Positions 1 through 8,601 of a stretch of 64,000 nt of DNA are shown here, one piece after another (positions within the stretch are counted from its first letter, which is position 1; each line of letters starts with the position of its first letter). The notes beneath the pieces were generated by a model. That model did no database searches, was not told the DNA's origin, and saw only the letters and a program-made list of their open reading frames with translations. The position numbers and the translations under genes were made by a program. The DNA is taken from positions 3,360,001-3,424,000 of the forward strand of contig OZ241863.1 in the NCBI GenBank assembly GCA_965203055.1, in the 5' to 3' direction. Origin of the DNA: Spirochaetia bacterium (GTDB lineage: Bacteria; Spirochaetota; Spirochaetia; SZUA-6; Bin103).

Positions 1-575
1 AAGGACTGGTCGAGCAGGTCCATGATCCCGGCGCCGGGCATGCCCACCACTTCGCGGTAGAAGCGGTCGAAGAACAGCGTGTGGCGCGCCTCGTCCTCGA
101 GCTGGCTGGCAAGGAAGATCTGGTAGTCCTCGGGGATGCCCATGAACAGCGGCCCCAGGCACACCGTGACCTGGCGCTCGCCGTGGTGGAAGCCGGAGGC
201 GACCCTGAGGAACGTCTCCCGCTCCGCCTCCGTAAGGCGCTCGTTCCAGTCGCGGCGGTCGGTGGTGAAGTCGAGCGCGGTCACGTCCCAGCGCTGCTTG
301 AGGTACTTCTCATACAACCGCAGATAGCTCGGGAACTCGCGGGCGGTGTCGTGCACGTAGTCGAGCAGGTCGTCGATATCGACCTTGCCGATGCCGCGCA
401 GGTCGGTGTAGGCGAAGCTCGGCTCGGGCGCGGCGGCGCCGCGGGCCGGCGGCGGTTTCGTCACTCTGATGCCGTCGCGGGTACGGAGGATCGCCAGACC
501 CCGACGGCGCGGCAGGCGTGACGGAGGTTTATCCGTGTACTTCGGTCGGTATCCGTGCCCATCCTTGTCCACCAT
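1..575 (-). CDS. Ferritin-like diiron protein, ribonucleotide reductase R2 / R2-like ligand-binding oxidase family (runs off window start; alternative GTG start at 464)
   Basis: Manual translation, not in the ORF track: YLRLYEKYLKQRWDVTALDFTTDRRDW...GFHHGERQV...FLASQLEDEARHTLFFDRF, containing the DExRH-type iron ligand motif. Confidence 0.75.
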   Translation of the reverse strand, partial: MVDKDGHGYRPKYTDKPPSRLPRRRGLAILRTRDGIRVTKPPPARGAAAPEPSFAYTDLRGIGKVDIDDLLDYVHDTAREFPSYLRLYEKYLKQRWDVTALDFTTDRRDWNERLTEAERETFLRVASGFHHGERQVTVCLGPLFMGIPEDYQIFLASQLEDEARHTLFFDRFYREVVGMPGAGIMDLLDQS

Positions 576-753
576 CAGTCTACCGCAGATTTGGGATTGA
601 ATCGGAAGCGGCAAAGTGATATGCATTGTTCCCCGCGCCCATCTCGCAAGGGTTGGGCGGGCGCAGGTCAGTGTCAGTCCCGCTCGAACGAATGGTAAAC
701 GGTTCCCTTTACCGGATCAGAGGCTATCGTCATTGAAATGCAGTAGCAACCGA

Positions 754-767
754 CCCCCCCCCCCCCC
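754..767 (+). repeat. Homopolymeric C14 tract upstream of the autotransporter gene
   Basis: cga-CCCCCCCCCCCCCC-gcg read directly. Confidence 0.9.
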
Positions 768-918
768 GCGAGGACGATGACAGCGCGAAGGCTTGGCCAA
801 TGGCACTCCGCCGGTCGCGCTCCTGGTCGAGAAGCTGGTCCGCCATGCCGGAGTTGGCGCCGGAAGCGACCGCGCGGCGCGCGGCGTGAATCAGTCAGCA
901 GGGTAGGAGTACGTCAAG

Positions 919-3900
919 GTGACCGACAATAACAATAAGCTAGCGCTCATGCCTCCCCCCTCAGGCAGGTCCCGCATGGTACGGCGCAGGCGCTCGGTTG
1001 GCGCCCTGCTCGCGCTCTGGGCCGCCGCGGCCGTGGTCTGGTGGGCCGCGCCCGCGGAGCGGGCCATGGCGCAGACCGTCCCCGATACGACGCCGGTGAA
1101 CATCCCCGACGCCAACCTGCGGGCGGCCCTGGAAACCGTGCTGGGCAAGGCTGCCGGAGCGACGATCACCCGTGCGGAGATGGCGGCCGATACCGGGTTC
1201 CTTTGGGGGTCGCCCCCTAGGCGGACGCGGCGCCTCGACCACCGCAACTGGAACAGCCATCTTATTTACCGTCCCAGCCCTTCTATTCCCACTCCCACGG
1301 CCCCCGCTACCGTCATCAGGGATTTGACGGGACTGGAATACCTCACGGCGATCCAGGGGCTCAGTATGATCCGCCACCGGATCACGGACCTCAGGCCGCT
1401 GGCCGGCCTCACCGAAATGCGCCGCCTGTGGCTTGATGAGAACCTGATATCGGACCTCTCGCCGCTACGAGGCCTCCCCCTGGACCAACTGTCCCTCAAA
1501 CTCAACCCGGTCTCGGACCTCTCGCCGCTGGCCGGCATGGTCTGGCTGGCCACCTTCAACTGCGACCAATGCCAAATCTCGGACATCTCGCCGCTGGCCG
1601 GCCTGACGCGCCTCAGATCCCTGGACCTCCAGAACAACTACATCAGCGACATCTCGCCGCTGACCCGCGTCAACGATCTATCGGAGGTGTTCCTCTCGGA
1701 TAATCGCATCTCGGACCTCTCCCCGCTGGCCAACCGCAACCTGCGGACCCTGACCGCCGCCGGCAACCGGATCACGGACCTCTCGCCGCTGCGAAACTCG
1801 CTGAACATGGAAACGCTGGACCTCAATGGCAACCAAGGGCTCAGGGACGTTTCCGTGGTGGAGCGCATGGTCGCGTTGAAGGTCTTGAGGCTGGACGGGA
1901 CCGATGTCAGGGACCTCTCGCCGCTGGTCGCAAACACCGGGCTCGGTTCCGGGGACCAGGTCTATCTGCGCAACCTCCCGAATCTGAACGCCGACGCCGA
2001 ACAGCACGTCGCGACCCTGCGAGGCAGAGGCGTCTCCGTACGGACGAGCAGTCCGCTGCGCGTGGACAAGACGGTGCGGGGCGTGGCCGTGACGCCCGGG
2101 GTGGAGCGGCTGACGGTCACCTGGAACCCGCCGACGGTGGGGTACACCCCCGGATTCCAACGGGTCTATTGGTGGTTCGGGTTCCAAGACCGTTCGTCGG
2201 GCTTCACCCCGCCCCAGCACCATGACGTCCCCGGCGACGCGTCCAGCTACACCATCCCGAACCTCACCCCCGGCGTCGTGTACAAGGTGCAGATTTACCC
2301 TCTCAGTCCCACGGGGGATTTGTCCGCCATAGCCTCCGGCATACCGCTGGCGCCGGCGGTCGAGGACAGCGTGTCCGAACTGAGGGTGCGGCCGGCCGCG
2401 GAGAGCCTGGTCGTTTCGTGGCAGGCGAATGCCCACGCGCACTCCTACCGGGTCCAGTGGCGGCCGTCCGGCGCGCCGGAACTGGACCCCGCCGATCAGG
2501 TCTGCCTCGCTGTCCGCCAGCAAGCCTGCGGCGCCGACGGGCAGACCGGCGCCACCGGCACCGCCGGTTCCCGGGGGACCGTCGCCTGGACCATCGCCGA
2601 GCTCGAAGCGGGCACCGAGTACCGGGTGTTCGTCACTGCCATGCGCGGCAACGAGGCCATCGGCGAAACGGCGGTCGGTCTGGGCACCCCGTATCCGAAG
2701 ACCTTCGTCTCGATTACCGCCGCGGACGGGGCCGCGGGCGTGGTGGAAGGCGGCGACGCGAAGCTGCTGGTCAGGCTGAGCCAGCGCGCCAGAACCGAGG
2801 TGACGGTGACCTGGACCACGCAGGACGGCACCGCCAAGGCGGGTGAGGATTACCGGGAGATGGCCGGCAGCCTGACGTTCCAGCCGAACGAGCAGGAGGC
2901 GGCGTTGACGGTGCCGACGCTGCAAGACCGGCGGGTGGAGCCGGCGGAGACGTTCCGGGTGCTGCTGGCGGAGATCTCGAACGCCGGGCGCGACCCGGAA
3001 GCGGCCGCGGCGACGGTGACGATCACCGACGACGATACCGAGCCGGCGCGGCGCACGGCGCTGAGCATGGTGCTGGCGGGCCTGGGCCGCTGGAGCGCGG
3101 CGGACGCGGTGGCGGCGATCGAGGACCGGTTCCGCGGCCGGCAGGAGGCGGAGGCGCAGGTGAGCGTGAGCGGCCACACCTTGGCCCTGGCGGGAAGCGG
3201 GGCGCCGGGCGCGGCCTGGGCGGCGGCGCCCTCACCCGGCGCGCGGTTCGCCGGCTACCGCCTCGCGTCCGGCGCGCCGGACGCGGTGGGCGCGGGCGCG
3301 CGCCTGGAGCCGTGGATGGCGGGGCCGGAAGGGGACCCGGATGCCCTCCCGCCGGACGCGGCGGCGGCGGAACTGATTTCGCAGAGCCGGTTCAACCTGC
3401 CGCTCAGCCGGCTCAGCCAGCCGGCTGACGGCGCGGGCGGCGGCGCCGGCGGCAACGGGGGCTTGCGGATCTGGGTCCAGGGGGCGGGCGGCGGGTTCGG
3501 CGGCCGGCCAACCGCCGACTTCCGGAGCGAGGGGACGGTGCTCGGAGGGTACCTCGGCATCGACGCCGGCGTGCGGCAGGACGCGCTGGTGGGCCTGGCG
3601 ATGGCCCATAGCCGGAGCGAGGTCGATTACACCCTGGAGTCGGTCACCAGCGGCACCGCGAACCTGACGTTGACGAGCATGCTGCCCTACGCGCACTGGC
3701 GGCCCCGCGCCGGGCTGGAGGTGTGGGGCTTGGCCGGCGTCGGCCTGGGCGACGCGGCGTTGCAGGACGAGGCCGGCAAGGTCGAAACCGACCTGCTGAT
3801 GTGGCTGGCCGCGGGCGGCGTGCGGCAGCAGGTGGCAACCTGGCGCGAGGTGGAGGTGGCGGTGCAGGCCGATGCGTTCCTGACCGAGTTGAAGGCGAGC

Positions 3901-4566
3901 GGCACCGCCGGGCTGCCGCATGCCGCGGGCAACGCCGGGCGGCTGCGGCTGCGGCTCGCGGGCAGCCGGCAGTGGGAGCTCTCGCCGGTGTCGCGGATGA
4001 CGCCGCGCCTGGAAGTGGGCGGGCGCTGGGACGGCGGCAGCGACGATGACGGGCTGGGCGTGGAAGTGGGCGGCGGCCTTGGCTATACCCATACCGACCT
4101 GGGCCTGGAGGTGGAGGCGCAGGGCCGCGTCCTGCTGGCGCACTCGAAGCAGGCGTTCGGCGAGTGGGGCGGCGGGCTGCGGGTGAAGGTGGCTCCGGGG
4201 CAGGCCGGGCAGGGGCCGTGGCTGACGTTCGCGCCCGGCTGGGGCCAAGAGGAGAGCCGCACGGAGCAGATGTGGGACAGCAAGGAAGAGGTGTTCCGCG
4301 GCCCCGGCCGGTCCGGCCGCGGCGCCGCAGCGCCGGCCGCGGCGCCCAACCGGCTGGCGCTGGAGACCGGCTGGGGAGTGGCCACCCACGGCGGCGCGGG
4401 CCTGGTGACGCCCTACGCGGGGCTGTCGCTGGCCGGGTCGGAGCTGAACGACTACCGGCTGGGCGCGCGCCTGAACGCCGGGAGTGGGATGAACCTGGGT
4501 CTGGAAGGCAGGGGCGGACGGCTGCGGGAGTACGAAGTGATGCTCTACGGCCGGTTGGACTGGTAG
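919..4566 (+). CDS. Secreted or surface protein: signal peptide, internalin-type LRRs, two FN3-like domains, Calx-beta domain, C-terminal autotransporter-like beta barrel (true start may be 949 or 976)
   Basis: IPDANLRAAL cap; about 9 repeats of 22 aa (LxLxxNxISDLSPL); LTVTW...YTIPNLTPGVVYKVQI; TQDGTAKAGEDY...TITDDD; amphipathic barrel ending YGRLDW. Confidence 0.85.
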   Translation: MTDNNNKLALMPPPSGRSRMVRRRRSVGALLALWAAAAVVWWAAPAERAMAQTVPDTTPVNIPDANLRAALETVLGKAAGATITRAEMAADTGFLWGSPPRRTRRLDHRNWNSHLIYRPSPSIPTPTAPATVIRDLTGLEYLTAIQGLSMIRHRITDLRPLAGLTEMRRLWLDENLISDLSPLRGLPLDQLSLKLNPVSDLSPLAGMVWLATFNCDQCQISDISPLAGLTRLRSLDLQNNYISDISPLTRVNDLSEVFLSDNRISDLSPLANRNLRTLTAAGNRITDLSPLRNSLNMETLDLNGNQGLRDVSVVERMVALKVLRLDGTDVRDLSPLVANTGLGSGDQVYLRNLPNLNADAEQHVATLRGRGVSVRTSSPLRVDKTVRGVAVTPGVERLTVTWNPPTVGYTPGFQRVYWWFGFQDRSSGFTPPQHHDVPGDASSYTIPNLTPGVVYKVQIYPLSPTGDLSAIASGIPLAPAVEDSVSELRVRPAAESLVVSWQANAHAHSYRVQWRPSGAPELDPADQVCLAVRQQACGADGQTGATGTAGSRGTVAWTIAELEAGTEYRVFVTAMRGNEAIGETAVGLGTPYPKTFVSITAADGAAGVVEGGDAKLLVRLSQRARTEVTVTWTTQDGTAKAGEDYREMAGSLTFQPNEQEAALTVPTLQDRRVEPAETFRVLLAEISNAGRDPEAAAATVTITDDDTEPARRTALSMVLAGLGRWSAADAVAAIEDRFRGRQEAEAQVSVSGHTLALAGSGAPGAAWAAAPSPGARFAGYRLASGAPDAVGAGARLEPWMAGPEGDPDALPPDAAAAELISQSRFNLPLSRLSQPADGAGGGAGGNGGLRIWVQGAGGGFGGRPTADFRSEGTVLGGYLGIDAGVRQDALVGLAMAHSRSEVDYTLESVTSGTANLTLTSMLPYAHWRPRAGLEVWGLAGVGLGDAALQDEAGKVETDLLMWLAAGGVRQQVATWREVEVAVQADAFLTELKASGTAGLPHAAGNAGRLRLRLAGSRQWELSPVSRMTPRLEVGGRWDGGSDDDGLGVEVGGGLGYTHTDLGLEVEAQGRVLLAHSKQAFGEWGGGLRVKVAPGQAGQGPWLTFAPGWGQEESRTEQMWDSKEEVFRGPGRSGRGAAAPAAAPNRLALETGWGVATHGGAGLVTPYAGLSLAGSELNDYRLGARLNAGSGMNLGLEGRGGRLREYEVMLYGRLDW

Positions 4567-4600
4567 AGCCGCGATCCACCTGACGCGGCCGGCGTCGCCG

Positions 4601-4631
4601 CGCGGTCCGCCGGCGCGCGCGGCGGACCGCG
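4601..4631. terminator. GC-rich 12-bp stem-loop between convergent genes
   Basis: CGCGGTCCGCCG-N7-CGGCGGACCGCG; no U-tract. Confidence 0.45.
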
Positions 4632-4670
4632 AACAGGACGCCCGTACTGGTCCGCCCAGCCCGGCGGGGA

Positions 4671-4883
4671 CTATTGGCGGGGCGCGGCCCGCTCCGTGCC
4701 GTTGGCGGAGTCGCGTTTGAAGGCGCGGTAGGTCCGCTCGTCGATGCCGGTGGCGGACTGGATCGCCGGCCACCCGAATCCTGCCCGCAGGAGCCCTTCG
4801 ATGGCCTCCGTCAGGCCCTCCTGACGCCCCTCCAGCCGGCCCTCCTGGCGGCCTTGTTGCTTGATTTCCTCGACGTAATTCAT
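4671..4883 (-). CDS. Putative intragenic small Rpn protein (RpnS-like antitoxin), 70 aa, in frame within copy 1
   Basis: Internal GGAGGGAG-ACATC-ATG followed by MNYVEEIKQQGRQEG. Confidence 0.6.
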   Translation of the reverse strand: MNYVEEIKQQGRQEGRLEGRQEGLTEAIEGLLRAGFGWPAIQSATGIDERTYRAFKRDSANGTERAAPRQ

Positions 4884-5621
4884 GATGTCTCCCTCCGGTC
4901 CCGGTATCTGCCGCTGCAGTTCCTTGGCAAATCGCCCCCGCAACGGTTCCCTTTGGGTCGCCAGCACGTACCACACGAACATGCTCTGCTCCCGACCCCC
5001 GCGGCGCGCCAGTTCGGCCAGCAGCGGCAACGCCCGCGCCAACGCCGGCCATGCCACCGTAGCGCGGTGCGCCAGCCGCCCCTTCAACGTGCCCCGCACC
5101 GCCTCCGGCGCGGTCGCCGAGTGGTCGATCAGCAGGTGCTCGAAGCGCGGCAGCCACCGCCAATCCCGCACCTCACGGGGGAACAACTCCGAGAACTCGG
5201 CGGCGTGACGCCAGCGGCCCTTCCCCAGATAGAACACCATCGGCACGATCGGGCGCAACATGGTCTCCGCAGGAAAGCGGCGCCGGTCGCGTTCCCAGAT
5301 CCGGCAGCAGTATTGCAGCAGCCGCAGGCGCATCCAGCGGTCACGGCGCCGCACCGTGGACTGATGCTCCAGCAGCACGTACAGCCAGGCCGGCGCGCCG
5401 CCGGCGCGGCGCCGGATGGAGTACAGCAGATCGGACTCGGTGGCGCGCAGGTCGGGGGCGATGAAGGCGCTGCTCCGGACGGAGAGGGTGGACCACTGCA
5501 GGCCGTTGGCGACGGCCGGCGGCAGATGGGCGCGCAGCAGGCCGATCGCCTCGGCGGGTTCGCCGAACACGGCGCGGAACAGGTTGTCGTGCGGCTGCGC
5601 CGCCAAGTCGTCGCTAGCCAT
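4671..5621 (-). CDS. Rpn family recombination-promoting nuclease / YhgA-like putative transposase, copy 1
   Basis: PHDNLFRAVF, ESDLLYS, YVLLEHQS (PD-(D/E)xK-like), C-terminal EGRQEG repeats. Confidence 0.9.
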   Translation of the reverse strand: MASDDLAAQPHDNLFRAVFGEPAEAIGLLRAHLPPAVANGLQWSTLSVRSSAFIAPDLRATESDLLYSIRRRAGGAPAWLYVLLEHQSTVRRRDRWMRLRLLQYCCRIWERDRRRFPAETMLRPIVPMVFYLGKGRWRHAAEFSELFPREVRDWRWLPRFEHLLIDHSATAPEAVRGTLKGRLAHRATVAWPALARALPLLAELARRGGREQSMFVWYVLATQREPLRGRFAKELQRQIPGPEGDIMNYVEEIKQQGRQEGRLEGRQEGLTEAIEGLLRAGFGWPAIQSATGIDERTYRAFKRDSANGTERAAPRQ

Positions 5622-5907
5622 GCTTCAGACCGGTTCCCGGCTGCCCGCAGGGCGCAGCCTGCGCCGTGCCGTGGGCGCAGTCTCGTTCAAGCCGCCGCGG
5701 CGGTGGCTCCCACCGGCGCGCGCGGAGAAGGGCGGCGGCCGCCGCGGGGCCGGCGAACCCAAAGTGGAGCAGATAGTCGTGGGGTTGAGTCAACGGTATC
5801 ATCATCTCTGACTGGTACAACGGCGCGGCGTCCGCGACGCTTTTCTGTTCGGCGAACTCGTGATGCCGGGAACGAAAGCCGTACCGCGGTCGTGCGTCAG
5901 GGCCGGA

Positions 5908-5998
5908 TCAATGTTCGCCGCCCGCGCCGCCGCCCACTTCCGCGTGCGGAGTCCAGCCGGTGAACGCCTGCCCGGTGGCGGCCAGCCGCACCGCGCGC
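5908..5998 (-). pseudogene. 3' fragment copy of the 7695-8150 gene
   Basis: Matches 7695-7785. Confidence 0.8.
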
Positions 5999-6276
5999 CT
6001 GGAGCCGGTCACCAGCGGCACCGCGAACCTGACGTTGACGAGCATGCTGCCCTACGCGCACTGGCGGCCCCGCGCCGGGCTGGAGGTGTGGGGCTTGGCC
6101 GGGGTCGGCCTGGGCGACGCGGCGTTGCAGGACAAGGCCGGCAAGGTCGAAACCGACCTGCTGATGTGGCTGGCCGCGGGCGGCGTGCGGCAGCAGGTGG
6201 CAACCTGGGCCTGGAAGGCAGGGGCGGACGGCTGCGGGAGTACGAAGTGATGCTCTACGGCCGGCTGGATTGGTAG
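5998..6276 (+). pseudogene. Internally deleted fragment of the autotransporter barrel (copies 3633-3843 fused to 4492-4566)
   Basis: Direct sequence match; junction at the shared heptamer AACCTGG. Confidence 0.9.
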
Positions 6277-6396
6277 GGGGCGGGATCCACCTGACGCTGC
6301 CGGCGGCGCCGGTGGCGCGCCGCGCTGCCGCCGGCTCACGCGCGCGGCGGACCGCGAACAGGGGCGCCGGTACTGGTCTGTCCAGCCCGGCGGGGA

Positions 6397-6645
6397 CTAT
6401 TGGCGGGACGCGGCCTGTTCCGCGCCGTTGGCGGAGTCGCGTTTGAGGGCGCGGTAGGTCCGCTCGTCGATGCCGGTGGCGGACTGGATCACCCGCCACC
6501 CGATTCCCGCCCGCAGGAACCCTTCGATGGCCTCCGTCAGGCCCTCCTGGCGGCCTTCCTGGCGGCCTTCCTGACGGCCTTCCAGCCGGCCTTCCAGCCG
6601 GCCCTCCTGACGGCCTTGTTGCTTGATCTCCTCGACGTAATTCAT
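6397..6645 (-). CDS. Putative intragenic small Rpn protein (RpnS-like), 82 aa, within copy 2
   Basis: Same internal GGAGGGAGACATCATG signal as copy 1. Confidence 0.6.
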   Translation of the reverse strand: MNYVEEIKQQGRQEGRLEGRLEGRQEGRQEGRQEGLTEAIEGFLRAGIGWRVIQSATGIDERTYRALKRDSANGAEQAASRQ

Positions 6646-7401
6646 GATGTCTCCCTCCGGTCCCGGTATCTGCCGCTGCAGTTCCTTGGCAAATCGCCCG
6701 CGCAACGGTTCCCTTTGGGTCGCCAGCACGTACCACACGAACATGCTCTGCTCCCGACCCCCGCGGCGCGCCAGTTCGGCCAGCAGCGGCAACGCCCGCG
6801 CCAACGCCGGCCATGCCACCGTAGCGCGGTAGGCCAGCATGATGAGCTGCGCCAGCCGCCCCTTCAACGTGCCCCGCACCGCCTCCGGCGCGGTCGCCGA
6901 ATGGTCGATCAGCAGGTGCTCGAAGCGCGGCAGCCACCGCCACCCGCGCACCTCACGGGGGAACAACTCCGAGAACTCGGCGGCGTGACGCCAGCGGCCC
7001 TTCCCCAGATAGAACACCATCGGCACGATCGGGCGCAACATGGTCTCCGCAGGAAAGCGGCGCCGGTCGCGTTCCCAGATCCGGCAGCAGTATTGCAGCA
7101 GCCGCAGGCGCATCCAGCGGTCAAGACGCCGCACCGTGGACTGATGTTCCAGCAGCACGTACAGCCAGGCCGGCGCGCCGCCGGCGCGGCGCCGGATGGA
7201 GTACAGCAGATCGGACTCGGTGGCGCGCAGGTCGGGGGCGATGAAGGCGCTGCTCCGGACGGAGAGGGTGGACCACTGCAGGCCGTTGGCGACTGCCGGC
7301 GGCAGATGGGCGCGCAGCAGGCCGACCGCCTCGGCGGGTTCGCCGAACACGGCGCGGAACAGATTGTCGTGCGGCTGCGCCGCCAAGTCCTGCTTCGCCA
7401 T
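6397..7401 (-). CDS. Rpn family nuclease / putative transposase, copy 2 (334 aa, start MAKQDL)
   Basis: Paralog of 4671-5621; has LAQLIMLAYRAT where copy 1 has LAHRAT, plus three extra EGR(L/Q) units. Confidence 0.9.
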   Translation of the reverse strand: MAKQDLAAQPHDNLFRAVFGEPAEAVGLLRAHLPPAVANGLQWSTLSVRSSAFIAPDLRATESDLLYSIRRRAGGAPAWLYVLLEHQSTVRRLDRWMRLRLLQYCCRIWERDRRRFPAETMLRPIVPMVFYLGKGRWRHAAEFSELFPREVRGWRWLPRFEHLLIDHSATAPEAVRGTLKGRLAQLIMLAYRATVAWPALARALPLLAELARRGGREQSMFVWYVLATQREPLRGRFAKELQRQIPGPEGDIMNYVEEIKQQGRQEGRLEGRLEGRQEGRQEGRQEGLTEAIEGFLRAGIGWRVIQSATGIDERTYRALKRDSANGAEQAASRQ

Positions 7402-7694
7402 TGGCTTCAGACCGGTTCCCGGCTGCCCGCAGGGCGCAGCCTGCGCCGTGCCGTGGGCGCAGTCTCGTTCAAGCCGCCGCGGCGGTGGCGGGAGTCCCAC
7501 CGGCGCGCGCGGAGAAGGGCGGCGGCCGCCGCGGGGCCGGCGAACTCAAGGTGGATCAGATAGTCGTGGGGTTGAGTCAACGGTATCATCATCTCTGACT
7601 GTTACAACGGCGCGGCGTCCGCGACGCTTTTCTGTTCGACGAACTCGTGAAGCCGGGAACGAAAGCCGTACCGCGGTCGTGCGTCAGGGCCGGA

Positions 7695-8150
7695 TCAATG
7701 TTCGCCGCCGGCGCCGCCGCCCACTTCCGCGTGCGGAGTCCAGCCGGTGAACGCCTGCCCGGCGGCGGCCAGCCGCACCGCGCGCGCGGCGCCGGGCGCA
7801 AGGTCGACCGGCTCCGTCGGGCCGAGCTCGACGCCGTTCGACAGGTGCACTTCGACCCGCACCCGCCGCAGCACGCGGTCGGTGACATTCCGCACCTCGC
7901 CGAGGAAGGCGTTGGCCGCGGCCTCGTAGCGCAGGATCAGCCGCGTACCGCGGCGTACCTCATCGTAGGTCTGGTCCGGGGTCAGCCTGGCGCCCGACTC
8001 CTCGCCGCCGGACTCGTGCTCCCCGGCGCCCGCTTCGCCCATGCCGGCGCAACTGCCAATCGCGGCCGCGGCCAGAAAGGCGATCAGCGCCGCCCCCAGC
8101 CAAATGTTCCTGACGGATGATGACCTGTTCGTCATGCTCCTGCTCCTCAT
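7695..8150 (-). CDS. Small secreted or lipoprotein-like hypothetical protein with a beta-rich domain
   Basis: Hydrophobic N-terminal stretch ending IGSC; compact domain RLILRY...VRVEVHLSNGVELGP. Confidence 0.6.
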   Translation of the reverse strand: MRSRSMTNRSSSVRNIWLGAALIAFLAAAAIGSCAGMGEAGAGEHESGGEESGARLTPDQTYDEVRRGTRLILRYEAAANAFLGEVRNVTDRVLRRVRVEVHLSNGVELGPTEPVDLAPGAARAVRLAAAGQAFTGWTPHAEVGGGAGGEH

Positions 8151-8260
8151 CGGGTAAGCCCTGAAATATTATCGCACGAATGTCTCATCCTGAAGGCGGC
8201 GCGGCCCGGTCGCAGCGGCGGGCGCGGCTCTGCTATCATCGGACGCGGAGGGCTTGCGAC

Positions 8261-8599
8261 ATGATCAATCTTACCGACCTGCGGAGTGCCAAGACGGAGG
8301 AGGGCCCGGACGGGGTGTTCCGCACCACGCTCAGCTACGGCGCCGAGGCGATGCTGTGTCACTTCGACGCGCGCAAGGGCGCCACGATTCCGTTGCACAA
8401 TCATCCCGCGGTGCAGAGCGGCTTCTGCATCAAGGGCAAGGTGCGCTTCCAGCGCGGCCAGGGGGAGGAGCGGTTCATCGCCGAGGCCGGCACCAGCTAC
8501 TTCTTCGGCCCGAACGAGTACCACGCCGCCGAGATACTCGAAGACAGCGAGTTCGTCGAGGTGTTCTCACCGATGCGGCCGGAGTACGCCCCCTCGTAG
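8261..8599 (+). CDS. Cupin domain protein
   Basis: PLHNHP...Q and PNEYHA cupin motifs. Confidence 0.8.
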   Translation: MINLTDLRSAKTEEGPDGVFRTTLSYGAEAMLCHFDARKGATIPLHNHPAVQSGFCIKGKVRFQRGQGEERFIAEAGTSYFFGPNEYHAAEILEDSEFVEVFSPMRPEYAPS

Positions 8600-8601
8600 G
8601 C

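Larger units (their letters stand above)
4492..5998. repeat. Tandem duplication copy A (autotransporter 3' end, rpn, upstream region, 3' end of the small secreted-protein gene)
   Basis: Highly similar to 6202-7785, with substitutions and indels. Confidence 0.9.
6202..7785. repeat. Tandem duplication copy B
   Basis: Highly similar to 4492-5998. Confidence 0.9.

Noticed and set aside
627..639. TGTTCCCCGCGCC resembles the start of a type I-E CRISPR repeat
   Set aside because: Single partial copy, no repeat-spacer periodicity, no cas genes
600..715. Possible c-di-GMP-I riboswitch upstream of the adhesin gene
   Set aside because: A GNRA hairpin is present but the conserved flanking motifs could not be matched by eye; needs a covariance-model search
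1380..1930. Recurrent tcggacctctcgccgctg at about 66-nt period, superficially array-like
   Set aside because: Fully explained by the 22-aa LRR coding repeats
5828..5846. GCGTC-CGC-GACGC-TTTT terminator-like hairpin (also near 7615-7631)
   Set aside because: Short stem, and its orientation does not match the flanking minus-strand genes
4671..7401. Treating the rpn genes as IS elements
   Set aside because: No TIRs or TSDs found; the duplication includes flanking host genes
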